This document shows positions 11,501 to 25,610 of a stretch of 64,000 nt of DNA, in pieces. The position numbers and the translations under genes are program-made. Source of the DNA: Catajapyx aquilonaris (Eukaryota); contig KZ538270.1 in assembly GCA_000934665.2 (NCBI GenBank), forward strand, positions 1-64,000. The letters run 5' to 3'. The notes beneath the pieces are model-generated. The model searched no databases. It was not told the DNA's origin and worked only from the letters and a program-made list of their open reading frames with translations. Numbering within the stretch: the stretch's first letter is position 1; each line of letters begins with the position of its first letter.

Positions 11501-14500
11501 CGCTGTGCAGGTGCAATGGTTAATTCAATCATGTACTTTCATTTTGTTGCGGTCTCCTAGCCTGGCGCCTGTATGTGCCACTTTGCAATGGCATTCAAGA
11601 AGGTGTTGAACAGGAATAATAACGAGTGAAGAAAAAAAGAAAAAACTCTGATGGATGCTCCTCAAACATTATTTTCCATCTGTTCCACATCAATGTGCAA
11701 GTGGGTCATGAACCGACCATTTCCGCCGCTTGTTTCCCCCGTGTCAATTGGAATAAACGAGGAATGAATGGCATATTAAAACACTTGTTGGCTGGTAATC
11801 TCTGTACTTGATCTTTGAATGAAGCGTATGAAATAATTCCGCGCTGCCTTTGAGCAATCAGCCAGTTGTTGCTGGTGGTGGAGCACCTGACGTTTTAAAT
11901 AGGAAAATATCGACTACTCTCATTAGAACTCACAGGGTGGTCCAATTCTCTACACTGGCTGCTGGGTACATTGCTGAATATGAGCAATTGACCACCCTAT
12001 ATGCATATCCGAATAACAAGGTAACTAATTAGTCCGAACTGTCAATCGCAATTAGTCAGACTCATTTTCGTGTTTGTCCTTGCAGCGTATGTAAACTGAA
12101 GTGTTTACACGTTACATGTTGTGCCCGCGTTATGTCATTGAGGTCGAGGTCCACCCCAAGACCTTAGCTTCGACGGGCAAACACGGAAGCAGCCTGGACA
12201 CGAACCGCGATAAAAAGAGACTTGGGTGCAGCCTGAGGGTTGGGTGTAGTTTTGTTTGAAGCCATCCCGCATCAGAATCAGGGGAGAAAAATGTACACAG
12301 TCGGTCAGTCTGTCGTGTTTGTTCGTTTGAAATTGTCGAGTGGTATAGTCAGCTGTTGATCCCTCCCAGCCACCAACACCTCCTGTACACAACCATCGAG
12401 CACACCTTTCGAGGAGAAGCATTCGATTATTATTTATTATTTTTATTAGTCATAGGTGCCTTCACCATGTAGCGTTGTTGTGCTGTGCAACAACACACTG
12501 TACACCAACCAGCATCTTACCAGCCGTCCCTCTGGTGCATCGGCTTCCCTTGCGACGACGGCACATGTCGAATCTGCAGGCGGGCACATGTCAGTACACA
12601 AAATACATAGGATCGTTATCACACACCCTGTACATTGTGGCCAGCAGCAGCTAAATGAAATAGTGGACCCGTTGGCAAAATTTGGCTCAAAACGACCGCC
12701 GATTTACCACGTAGTACTTTTCTTCGGGCATAGATGGCGCACCCTCCCTCTGCACACTCCTGCCACCTTCAGGTCGATAGCGATACTATCAGGCAGGACA
12801 AACATCAGACGGAGAGAAATAAGCCTATTAGGTGCACATATCGAGATCATCGTGTAGCAACAGGGTTTGAGACAACATTTTTTGATCACCCCTGAGCAAT
12901 GTTCGGTCAGTCACCCGGACTCCAAGTCTGGTGACCCCGCCCAGTACACGTCGCCAAGAATTCAACAAAGTTCCGGTGCTGTCCCTTTCGTATATAATAT
13001 ATTACACTCTGACGTGATATACGTCCGTAGTTATTTTCTAGATGTTTCACGCTTTCCTTCGAAGTGCGCGCATGTATTCACCTGCATGTGAGTGACGACA
13101 TCAAGGAAGTGTGATGCAGGAAGTGCAATCAGATGATGCCTAGGACACGAACTGTGTCACACCCATGGCCCATCTTATTCACATGGATTCGAAAGGTGAA
13201 TCCAGCAGGAACACTCTCGAAGGATCATCCTTGATTGAATATATAATCGAACCAGATACAGGAAGGGGGAGTCGCGCAACAATCACCTTCAAAAAGGTGT
13301 GATGCATATTGGCTTCGAAATAATAATTGGGCAAGATTTTTTGCATAATAAAGGTGCGATTACGTTATGTGGAGCTCGGCTGGGTAATTTACGGGAAGCG
13401 GAAGTTTTTATGCAACAACAACAAGGCAGCAGCAACCGGCAAATCGTGTTCTGGCTTCAGGCGTGGTTTGCATTGCTGGTTAATAATTATTGATGACTAT
13501 TTTACACTACTTTCTATCGTAACTATTTTTTTCGCATTCATTTTCGCCAACAACAAGGTCTTCCACTTTTTAGAGCCATTGAAGAAAAGAAAAAAAGGCA
13601 GCAACAACAAGTGTTTGTGTTGCTAAAATGTGGGTTATATGTTCAGCATACATTGTTGCTGTGTATCTTTTTCCTATAGCCCAGCCTCCATTCATATGTG
13701 AAGGTGCCTTCCAGGGGTTTGGAACCGGGTCAATGCTTCTCTCATTTTCTACATTCTTAACCCGCCGGTCGCGAATAAAATAAAAGTGTGCAAAGATCCC
13801 TTAAAAGATTTGCGCGCTACATTGCTCACGCCATTCTTCCCTCAAGTGTTCGCTTTTTTTATGTGTCATAATTGCTGGAGGTCAAAAGCATTCTTTGTAT
13901 GAGTTCAATTGTTGTTAATTAGCGTGCAGTTTTGAAGTTGCCAGCAAATAATCACCACGTGCAACCTGCTGATGCTGCTGCAATGATGTAAGACGCGTCA
14001 TGTTTATGACCCCGAACAAATTGCTGGTCCAAAGTAGGCTTGGGCAAAGAAGGCAGGACCTCTCAAGCTGGACTCCGCATAATCTTTTCCTCCAAATAAA
14101 AAGAAAAAAAACTTTCTCTTTCTATAGTATCCTTTCTCTTTCTGCGATGTGCATAAGCGCCCGTTATTATTATGCTGTGCCCCGATGCACTTTTGCGAGC
14201 AATGATTATTTGCAATATGGTCTCCCGCATTGCACACCAAATATGCTGGGTCCTTTCACTCTCTGTTGGGGGGTTGGTGTCTCCAAAGTGCATGTTTTGT
14301 AACCAGCAGAGGCCTACCCGAAATAATGACTGGTCATGTATGAAGCAAGGGGGCGCACAAATTGAGTTCACCTTTTATTATTCCATTAAAAAAAAATGAG
14401 CGCCCGTATTATGTGCGCTACTGCTCCAGTTCCTAGGCCTAAATAATAACAATGACACGAAAAAGAAGAAGAAGAAAATTATGCTGAGAGAAGGATAACG

Positions 14501-17500
14501 GGTCTTTTTGGGCTTCCGGACTTCTTCCCTTCCTGTGCTGGGCACCTGGCAAAACATTTTCATGACATTTTATGACCACTTGTTTTTTTTTCGATTTGGC
14601 TTGGAAGAAATCAATTATGCCCGGAGGTGTCACACGCAATGTTACGGTCATAACATGGTGTGGAATGAGTGGAGGGGGGGAAAGGAAACAACCCAACTTT
14701 CTCGCGGCTCGTAACCAACGTCTTAAATATGTTTTGCATAACCTATCGGATGCAAATTGCCTGCGCTCTCTATAAATTATATGATTGTTATACGTTCAAT
14801 TCCTGCTCTGCTTCTGGTGACTCAATTTTTTGTCCATCTAACATGGCTGGATTTTTGCGACTTGTAGTGTAAAAATGGTTGTATCCGGAGTCTATTTGGG
14901 ATTTAAATCCGTGGTAAGGAGAGCGGAAAAAAAAAGAGTGACTTGGGGCCAACCCCGGAACACAAAAGTGTCTGACGTCACGAGTGACATCACGTTTGGC
15001 GTGTTGGCACCGACTCACTTTCCCTCCATTTTTACTTAGCTTTTTCGCCCATGTTTTTTTTGTGTGTGGCCAAACTGCAATTTAAATCTAGTTTTTCCAC
15101 CCTCGAGCGCATTGGATGACCGCGACCACACCCTGATAAATTGTTACATCCATCCGGAATGGCATAAGATGATGCTCGCGGAAACCATTGTTGCTTCACA
15201 ACGCTCTCTTTTAGTGCACTTTCAAAAAAAACACAAAAAAAAACAGTTACACTGCGGTCTGCTGGAAAAAAAATATGAAAAGCTCGGGACAAAAGCTCGA
15301 GGAGAAAATAATTGCGACTTAATGACCTCTGGGGGATTCATGCTCTTTTTTCTTTTCTGGAGAGTACTTACTTGGTGACGACGACGGCGATGTCGTAGAC
15401 AGGCAGGCGTCGCTCCAGGAAGAGGTATTTGCCTAAGTCTGTCAGAGCCGCCGCTGAGTCGATGGCGTCTCTTCCGACGCGGTTCCTCTCCAAGTAAGGC
15501 GTCGCGTCTCGACCCTGCCGATGCCAAACATATACAGTTAGACCACCCAAAAAAAATTACTCAACTGCCGCCAAAAAAAAGTGCCTTCATGCTCGATTTA
15601 AGTGGAACGACTGACCATAAAAATTCCGGCCCTCTGCTTGTTGCAGGATAAGACCAAAAAATTAAAGTGGGCCATGCACCTGTAATGTGTTATCTAACAA
15701 TTAGGTAAGATCGGGCCCAATGGAATGCGTCACGATTGCTGCACCTCTGATGGTATCTGTATATGGCCCATAGGTGGAAAGGAAGGAAAAAAGAGCGTGT
15801 GTGTTGTTGCTGGGGGGTGAAAGCTTCGCCGGTTCCCACGATATACGAAAAAGAAGTCTTCCAGCTGATGAGCATGATGATGATGGCAAAAATGGTTTTG
15901 ATTACTTCAGAGAGTTATGCAAAAATTATTCTTGGCCCATTCTGCGAATTTCTCCGCAAGTTCCTCCGTTGACAATATGTAGCTACTGCGGAATATTGTG
16001 TATGTAACAGGGGCTATGAGATGACCGTGTGGTCACGCTAGCAACAAATGCGATAAGAATAGTCCCCATGCAGCAGAGTTTACGTCACGACGTGAGAATG
16101 AGCGACGGTCGGACGTGCAACAATTACAACAATGCAATGGAGCGGAAAACAATGGCGTGTGCATGCATGCAGCCCATTCTTTTTTTTCTTCTCTATTCTA
16201 TTGTTCTTCAATCACACCACCAACCAACTCTTTCCTCCGGTTGATGATGATGGCATTGGCATTATTACGTACACAGACACTGGCTGTCTCTTGTTGTTGC
16301 TGCTGAGGAAGTACTCACCCTGGATATGATGATTCCGGCGATGGATATCCGGACTCTTGGTCCCTTCAGAAGCTTGTACCTGAGGTCGACTCCGTTCCAG
16401 AAGGAGACGAAGTAACGCTTCACTTGCAGGTTGTCCCCACCATGCAACCTGTACGGTTCGCAAACAAAAAAAATAGAGAAAGAGAGACGAAAAAAAAAAT
16501 TAGATTGTAATGAGAGAAGCACTGTGAATGCTCGAGTCAGAAGGAGTTCAAGAAAGCGAGACGGTGACGCTTTTGTGATCATCGTCAACGGTATCATTGC
16601 TCGCCGGAGAAGCTGCCAGATCTCTCTGTAGGAGATGCCAACTAATCAAAATCGCCAATTAATAATATTGCTGCAAGTGCATCAGAAGGCCTTTCGACCT
16701 GTGGGGGTCAGAAGGACACGGGGGTCTTTTTGTTTTCTGCACAGCAACTTCACAGTCGACGACGTGACTCTTTCTTCCAAGTGCAATACCGACCGTTAGG
16801 CGAATCCAGAGTGTGCCAAATGTCACTATACCGGTACTGGAAAAATAATATTCATCCAGCAGTTAACGACCGTGCAAATTAGAAAAACTCGAGGGTTGCA
16901 CAACGTCGCAAATTTTGCGAATCTTCTTTTGAGATGAGACCTTGGACAGTTGAATAAGAGAATTTGGGCTGAGGTACCGCTGCGTTTATCCTTCAAGGAA
17001 TCAACGATCAGCCATTTTTTTTTACTTTCAAATCCTTGTCTAGTAATTGCATGCTCTAGAGAACGACCTTGCCTCAAGGTCACTCGTGTTTACACCCTGT
17101 TTTTTTGAGTCAAGTCGAGGAGAAAAGAGAGAGACAGACCCTCTCCAAAAAAAAATCGGGCAAAAATTTTTGCCGACGTGAAAGCGAGCTAATTCCTGTA
17201 CTGTACGGGGCACTTTCGCGCTGTTTTCATGTGCAATACGCCAACCAAATTACCTAAGAGCGTATGTTATCTCAATCCCCACCCCCCATACTTCTAAGGG
17301 TGTGTACACTAGTATAGGTGCACATACTGACCCAGTAGCATGATTCCCAGCACCAGTAAACGGAACGGGTATTCTTTTTTTTCTCTCTCGTTACATTTTA
17401 ATTCTATAGTCGTGCGATAGAAACGATGAATCAAACGATAGCTGTTGTTTGGTATACCGTTGATTATGACGTTTGTCTGCATGAACGAGAAAGTGGATTG

Positions 17501-20500
17501 GCCAATTAAGGAAATCAGAGTGGTTCGCCATTTTAAACATCAGTACGGCACAGCAGGAGGGTATTGCTCATAAAAAGCGCCAGGTATAGATAAAATAAGA
17601 AAAAAGGTCGCCGGGGTTTGCAACACGTGTGGTTGGGTCATCGTTTCGCGTGACCAGGAAGGTGTGGTGTGTGTACAGGTGTGGGGAAATCCAATTACGT
17701 GTACGGTGCAAAGGGAAGTGAAGGGGATGGGTTCACACGGGTTTGTCGTTACCTGTATCCGTCGTAGTCGACGATTGCGAGGATCTCAGGGTATATCACA
17801 TACGGCGCTTCACGTCTCCTCCGTACCGTTCGAGCAGATGACGGTACCTGGTCTGCTTCCATGAAGTCTGCAACAATCAGTCGAAAGTGAAAGCGGCGCC
17901 GAAGAAAGTGTCTTTCTTTTTTTTGGCAAAACCGCAATTATGCGTCGGGGGGCGTGTGACACAACCGTACTGCGCGGACGTACCGTAATCCGAGTCGGAT
18001 GTGAGGGGCGTCCTCTTGTAGATAAAGTGCAAGGGTTGGTCCGATGCGCTTCTTCTGGTTCGGCTTCTCCTGAGTGGGAAACCAGAGGTGGCCACAGAGT
18101 CATCCTCAAGAGGGCCCTCGGCGTCCAGGAAGGCCTCGTCGTCGTCGGCGGCGCCGTCGTCGTCGTCCTCCGACGCCTTCACCTTAGATACAGCCTTGGG
18201 GACTAATTTCCCACGGCGGAGAGAAGCAGGCGCCGGCCTCACAACCAGGTCCGGACCCACGATTCCGTGCTGGAAACATTACAAATAATAGAAATCAACA
18301 AAACAATCGAGTGTCAATTACTCACAAACAATGCCTTTCTCCTAATAAGCTTATTCTCTCCGTCGGATGTTTGTCCGACCTGATAGTACCGCTATCTCTC
18401 GAAGGTGGCAGGAGTGTACAGAGGGAGTACGCGCCATCTGTGCGTTAAGAAGAGCACTAAGTGGTAAATCGGCGGGCCATCTAGCATGTCGCACTCGTTA
18501 TTCGAGAGTGAAAATGTCCGCCAAATATTTTTGCGGTTACCAGGATTTGGCGGTAATGATTGGACCGGTCGAAAGTGAAACCGTGTTTTCTCTACTTGCT
18601 GTTCTCAATTATATTCTGACCAATGGCAATCCGGAAAACACGTTTCATTATCAAGAGCGCGGCTCAGCAATATTGGAGCTCTTATGATTTCTGACAGGCC
18701 TCTCTTGATGGAGAAAGGGCGCCCGGTCCACATGGGCCTATCATATATACACGATGGCCTAATTTCAATCTGCGGAAAGGGGACTTTCGCCTTTTTATCC
18801 AGCCCATTGCTGATTTTTTTTTCTTTCGAAAGGAACGCATCATGTACAGGAAGCGTGTTTATATGAATATCCGCAACCGGCTTGATTTCCATTTCCAGGC
18901 CTTCAGGGGGGCGTTGTAAGGTTTTGGATAACTGGTTGCATAGCCAAGTTAAGTCATCGGTTTACGATTTAACCGGGGCCTTGTTTCCTGCACTGGAAAT
19001 TGCCAATCTGTGGCTTTAGAAATTCCTGTACAGTATAACCGTTATGGCTCGAGCCCCATTTATTTTTATAGCATTGTTGTGACCACTGCTTGGAACCGAA
19101 TTGTTGCCAAGTGCACAGTGGTTTCATCGTTCACGCATCGCTGCTGCCTTAGGGAGGAATAATTATCATCATCTCGGCATCATCATTCTTCGGTTCAAGG
19201 GCGTTTGGGCGTTTGGTGTGCATCAACATTTCCCTTCTTGTAAAAGGCCACAGTCGGTGAACTCGGCTGCATGATTTTGGATGGTGGGGGCACGCCCGCA
19301 GCTCGGGATATTTTTGGCCCGGGGCAAGGCAGATCGTACCTTCAGGCTGGAGAGAAAGTTTTTTCCGCCATGGAACCAAATAATAATGGACCGAAAATCC
19401 CACGTCGGAATTGGTTCAAGGCCGTTTCATTTGGCCGAAATTTGCAAAAAAATGTTTCGTAATAAGCGCGACCTGATGGACGGCAACTTCCGCGATGAGA
19501 GGTCGATGGCTTTTCTGATGTGGGGGGGGATAGAAACTGTGCGAAAAATGCGGGCGAAATTGTCGTGCGAATGTGACAGGCCCGTTGCCAAAAAAAGAGA
19601 GACACGTTTTGCTGGGGCTTTTGGAGGAGACCCGGATGGGAACAGGGCAGCCAAGGCAGTCTGGTCAGGATTTCTCTCCCCTTCCTTCGCTGGCTGGTTC
19701 TTTCGCTTACCAACTAGTCAGCATTGTGCGACAAGCAAGACCTGAATTGCGCAATGATGCTCTGTTGCCAAATTGTAGGGATGGGTCAAAGTAAGATCCT
19801 TGGAGAAGGCTGTTCTGTTGATGCATGGTTATGACCATCGGCAGCTAGCAACTCCTGACATTTTACAACCGGTTATTGCTATGTGCTGGGTGCGTGCGCG
19901 CGTGCGTGAATCGGGTTGCATGATGCCACGCTGCTGCTGGAAGGTGAAAGGCCCGCCTTGCAGACGCGCTTCAGAGGCGGCAGGCACGCGTTCCAACCGC
20001 AACCGCACGGGTAATTAGCGGACACGATTTGCATTCCCCAATCGAATTGCCTCAATAAGCTGGACACGCTCGGATGCGTTGGCGTGCGGAAAATCCGCAA
20101 GCAGATGGCAACATCCCTCCAAGGAACGAGCTGCATGGCAATGTTGTGGGTCGGTCACGAACCTCTTTGTGTGCCCTGTTGCTGCCTTGTAAGCATCCGG
20201 ACATCCTTGACTCCCGAGGCAACTGATCTATCGAGAATTTGGCAGGAATCTAGCCAAATTGGCATTTAATTGGCGATGCTGCAGGAAGAACCCCGTCACG
20301 GATCCAACAGGAAGAAGGGGGGTTCAAAAAGGGGGGTCCTTCCCGCCAAGGTAATCTCAACACAGCAAACCGACTGATCTTTCTCTCCTGCTGCCCCGGG
20401 AGAGCCTTGGAATTATTTAGATTCTAGATTATCCCTGCAGGTTCATGACCCACCCTCCCTCAATCTCCTTTTTCAGGAGGCACCCCCAAATGGGGAAAGT

Positions 20501-23500
20501 GAGTCCGCCACACCCGCCACCACTTACACACTCTCTCATTGTTCCGCTTTTGACACGACATTTTCCACACACACAAAAAATTTGTCCAGTGTTCAAAAAA
20601 AAACCACTTTGGCTATTTTCATGGCGAATAAAAGCACTGCCACATTATGTATTGTGCATGTACACACTGGACTCGACTAATAAATCACCAAAATTGTGCA
20701 AATTTGCATCTCACTGTCTGAATCGCAATTTTTTTTCATGTGACACTGTCTGAGCCTATTAATTCACTATTCGCAAATATTATTTGCCTATTATGACACT
20801 TGGGAGAATGTTGCAGTCTGTGAGGCTGGGAAATGCTCATTATTATAAACATTCCTGAATTTCAGCGGTTCGGTAAAGTATTTTACAAAAACGTGCGTTT
20901 CAAAACCAACCCTCCTCCTTTCGTGCAGAAAGTTAGCATGAATGCCTCATTTTAAAGAATGGGGAGGGGGGGGGGGAGATTATAACGTTTCTCAAGGTAT
21001 CGTTCCGGTTGGCCATCGCAAATCCTTCGAAGGATATATAGAGAAAGACAGCTGAGTTTAAAAAAAAAACTATTGACAAAGGTCTCTTGCACACTTGCTG
21101 ATTTTCTTTTTAGCAAAAATGAATTTATAGCCCTCCTAATTGTTTCGTGAGGTTGTTGCTATTTACCGCTTTTTGAACCTCAGTATATATTAGGTCAGAT
21201 TTTTATTGGGCGTCTCCGCCCCTTCGAAACTGGTTATAGGCTATTCCTGTACTTTGCGAAAGGTTTTCGCGATAGGAAACTCTGGCTTGCCATGATTTAT
21301 TTTTTTAAACCCGGAAAATGTAGCCCATTGCATACAAACAATCGCATCGAAATTAACGTCACTTGTTGTCCACTAAATGCTGGCAAAATGACACGTATTT
21401 CGCAATGTGCCGAATTTCCTGATAAGTTTGGCAGTACATATTTGCATCGCTGCCAGCATTATTTCACAAGTGTCCTCCAAGTGTCACCTGCCCAAATTGA
21501 AAAATCCAACACAATTGACTGGTAATTGTTCTCGTATCACATTCCTATAAATCTTGTCTGCAAGGTAAAATATGGGGCTCGCAGATTTAAAAAATTGGCC
21601 ATTTACACCCACCAAGTGCTGCACCTCCCCAGTCCTAATTATCATACCCCCACTGCAATTACGTACATGCAGGGTAATCAAACAATAAGGCCGCGTTTTG
21701 TGTCAATCTGGATGCTGACCTTAGTCGCAACCAAAATTGGAGTGACAGAGGCAGGGTCATCAAGTGGGTGCGCGGATTTTAATATGCGAATCGTGGCAAC
21801 AAAATGTGCACATCCCAATGCAGTATTATGTGGTAGTCCTGTTGAGAGCCTTTTTCTGATCCTTGCCCAACAGGTGCCCAACCAACCAATAACCCTTTTT
21901 TTTTTTTCCTCCTTCAGGTTGGCAACTTTCTCAGCTGGCCGAGTGCTAACGGGGCTCTCTCTATAACCATCAAGGACAGCTACGCCACCACCATTTTACC
22001 ACCAACTATACACGGAATCTGATTTAGGCGACTGACCATGAGGAGAGATCCGTCGTCGGCGTCTCGATGCAGGAGGAGTGCGGCGCCGTTCTGGGCGTCG
22101 TGGTACACCTCGCCCAGCTCCTCTTCCTCTGGACTCTGCTGAAATATTCGGGTTTGGTGAAGAAAAAAGAGGTCAGAGCAGCCAACAATGCATGTGTGCA
22201 CCAGGAAGCAAAGGCATGTGATGGATGGATGACAGCAGTGTCATAACATACATTACGTTATCCAGCACGGTGTCAAACTAGATCGCACGTGACCTCTCAC
22301 TTTTCTGCCTGCCTTGCCGTGGTTCTGATTAGCGTAATGACACGCACGGAAAGGCAAAGGAAAAAGGACAAAGTGTCGTAACCTGCTTCCGTCTCGCTTC
22401 ACTTCGTTTTCTGTGTTTCGTGTTCACCTGAACGGTACGTGCTGAATATGTATACATGCTGCGGTTTTAGTCAGTCCCCCCCAATCATATACTGAAAGGC
22501 GATTTTTTTTCGGCCATCGTGTGTCGAGAGGGAAAGTGCTTAGGTGAGAGGATAAGGTGGACACAAGTATATGGCTTCCGGGGGAGGGCCAACTGCATTT
22601 AACTCCAAGGATCCGCCTCTCTTTGCAACATTGCAAAGATCACTGATTGACGCCACAGAAGATAATTACAGGTCTCTCAGCGGCATCAGGAAGGCTGTCA
22701 GGGACAGAGAGAGGACACAGCATCACACAATTTCCGTATTGAAAAATCTCCGATCACTGGAACTGCAACATTTTGAAAGGAAATTGGCCTCCATGAGCAG
22801 CTCAGTGTGTCAGAATGCGTTCTCTCAATGCAATGTATTGGCTGTACTTTTTACAAAGTCGACCATGAAGATGTGGCCGGTTACGTGTGGAAAAGGTCTA
22901 AACCGCAAAAAAAAAACTTGCATGACTATAAAACCGGCGCTATTATTCGCAACCAGATGATTCTCGACTCCTTTTACTTTTACTCCATGTGAAAACCACT
23001 GGTATTGCAAGCAACGTGCAACGTGCGGTCAAGATCGGCATACTCATGCATCAGGAAAGTCACATTGCATCTCCCCAAAAGAATTACATCCCATCCAGCT
23101 TTGAAGGACAGTACAAAAGGGATGGTAATTGCAGGTTGCAGGTATATAGTAATGACTGAAGATGAGTGAAAGTGTGACTGGGTGGAATGGTCGATAATTT
23201 TGGGCAGTTAGTATTCACGTCGGAGTTAATGAAGAGGCTGGACCTTGCGTGTAATTGCAGAGACACACCGAGGAGGCATTAACCTGGGCACATGTTCTGT
23301 GGAGGAGTTAACGCCCATCACAGCAGGAAAGAGAGTGATGTAAACTTGTCAGGGAGGATTCCCTTCATTGTGTTTCGCTTCTTAAAATTTATAGCCGGCA
23401 GTTCTAACTGGTGGGTAATTTGTCCCTGTCACACACCTTGGCACCAGCAGTAGCAAACGGAGAGGAAATAATTTCTCCCCGAAAATATTGCCCCACCTCA

Positions 23501-25610
23501 CCCCAACTGATTTTTCCGAACGGAGAAAACGCCCCAGGTAACTTCCTTAATGTGCTCATGAGGGAAGGATTGCAACCTTTAAAGGGTAAAATGTCATTGG
23601 CCAATTTCCTTTTCGTCCCCTTCATTTCTTGTGTGTCGTCCCCACCACGTTTTTTAAACTAAATTATTATTTGGCACTTGCATTGCACCAGGATTGATTT
23701 TGCTTATGGTGCATCCGGGAAGCGTTGGAGAAACCCAGCATCACCACACAGGAAACCCAAACACACAACACAGAGAGAGAGAGAGTCCCAGTTCCCACAT
23801 GAAGTGTCGGTTGTACACCAAAAAATGAGCAACTCTGTACCTGTGGTAGACGTGTGAGGTTGAGGTTTCCATCTTTGGCAGCGTCTGCCACCCAGACTGG
23901 TAGTCCTCCAGGTGGTAAGAGACGCGCGTTCCTACGCAATCTGAGGCGTAGGTCGCGTCCGAACGCGCGGAGTTGCACCTCCCGACTGCCACCTTCATCC
24001 AACACGCTTCGTTTTGACACCGACTGCACACCCACCAATTCATACTCTGGCACTGAAAAACACACGATAAAGTTGGAGAAAACATCAACCACGAAAAAGC
24101 CTAGATAATAATTAATTATTATCCTGTACTTCGGAAGTTTACTCGGAAGTTTGCAGATTATTCGGAAGAAGAAAGTTTCAAGCCATAAACCACTTATTTC
24201 GCTTCGAGGCAATAAGGAAGTACATCCTGGTTGAGTGGCCAGTTTTTTTGTTTGTTTCGGTGTGCTCAACAATGCATGTCCTGGGATTGTTTCACAGCAC
24301 GCCGTTTTTCGATGTTGACACTCTTCACACATTGGAAGCAATCAATCAAGCGTACATATCGGGCCTCAAACACTCAACCAGATCCCCCCCCCCCCCCAAA
24401 AAAAAAAAAAATATATCAGGTGCTAATAATAGACTAATGCTCACCATCATGGTGGTTGTCCACCTGGAACACTTGTTGTAGTTCTTGAGGCGTTAAGAGA
24501 CGATGGGCCTGAAAGTAAGGACGAGGAAAGTGTTCAATCACTTGTCATAATCCAGTTTGGGGGGGGGGGGGGCAGAGGAGTGTATGTCACCACCACCACC
24601 CATCTTTTTTTTTTTACTAATGATGTCTGTCACACTCGAAGCAACCGGCCTGGAATCCAAGGCCGGGTTACAGTTACTTTGTACCGTATGCTTTTTATTT
24701 TATTTTTATTATTTACTCTGCTTGGGATTGAATACTGCCGTCAATTTACACCTGCCTTTTATTAGCACAAAGTCCTTCTAATTAAGAATTATTACAATCG
24801 TACATAGAGTGATGGGCCGATTTTTTTTTTAAAAAAAAAAGGTTTTATAAAGTGAAGAAAATGATGTATCCGCGCTTCTGAGCAGCACTTTCTATTAGAT
24901 CGCAGCCGCAGCTGGACTTGGCCTTAAAATAATATCGCATGAGAAACAAGAAAGTAATCAGATCGGCAAAGACTTTACTGTACACTCTCGGTACATTTCA
25001 GGCTGCATGTGATGTTGGATTAGATTAAAAATCCCTACCGCTTTGTCAGAGAAAGTCCTGCGCATATAAATCGAGGGTTTTTGAGACGGTTTAATAATGG
25101 CGCGGATAAATGTTTTTTTTTTAACGGATTGTTTGCAACGCCCATTTCTCACACAGTGTTGATGGTTAACTATCCGGCTGATCATTTGTGGTATGCACGG
25201 GTATGCAATTACTGCCGTTGCTACAAAATATGAATAAGACCTTGCTCAAAACTTGGACGTCGGCCACAACCGGAAAGACCTTTTTTAAAAAAATCTTTGT
25301 TGGCACCGTTGGATTGGACATGCAGTAGCCAAAACAATGGCTGGATTGCGTCAACGTCGTGTGCTGTGCGACGCCGAAGTGCAAAGTCTAATTAGAGGAG
25401 ACAAGCAGCAGCATGGTGAATGAGCATGTGTGTTTTTTGACTGACCTCTTTGTGTAGTGATGATGATATGGCCGGAGCAGGCGGAGGCAGCAGAAGCAGC
25501 AGCAGCGTCCACAGCGCCGCCCTGGTCCTCGACGGCGTCGACGTCGTCCTGATTGGCGACGGCGTCCCGACGCTGCTGGCGCTGGTCTGCCCCACCGCAC
25601 CCTCCAGCAT
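8551..25610 (-). CDS. Secreted M12B/ADAMTS-like zinc metalloprotease (sona/stall-type), ~14 exons
   Basis: Exons include 25446-25610 (signal-like LWTLLLLLL), 24445-24508, 23841-24052 (prodomain VPEYELV..LRAFGRDLRLRL), ~22035-22140, ~17985-18270, ~17753-17867 (furin site RRRR|EAPYVIYPE), ~16318-16449, ~15372-15514, 11180-11235 and ~9875-10001. Zinc motif HEVGHL|LGAVHD is split by an intron, followed by Met-turn FIMS and Cys-rich LPGK..LDAQC..VCAQLFC..AADGSPC. Stop at 8551-8553. Confidence 0.93.

Noticed and set aside
22571..23340. ORF and purine-rich stretch antisense in a protease intron, possibly a LINE remnant
   Set aside because: No RT or endonuclease motif could be recognised.
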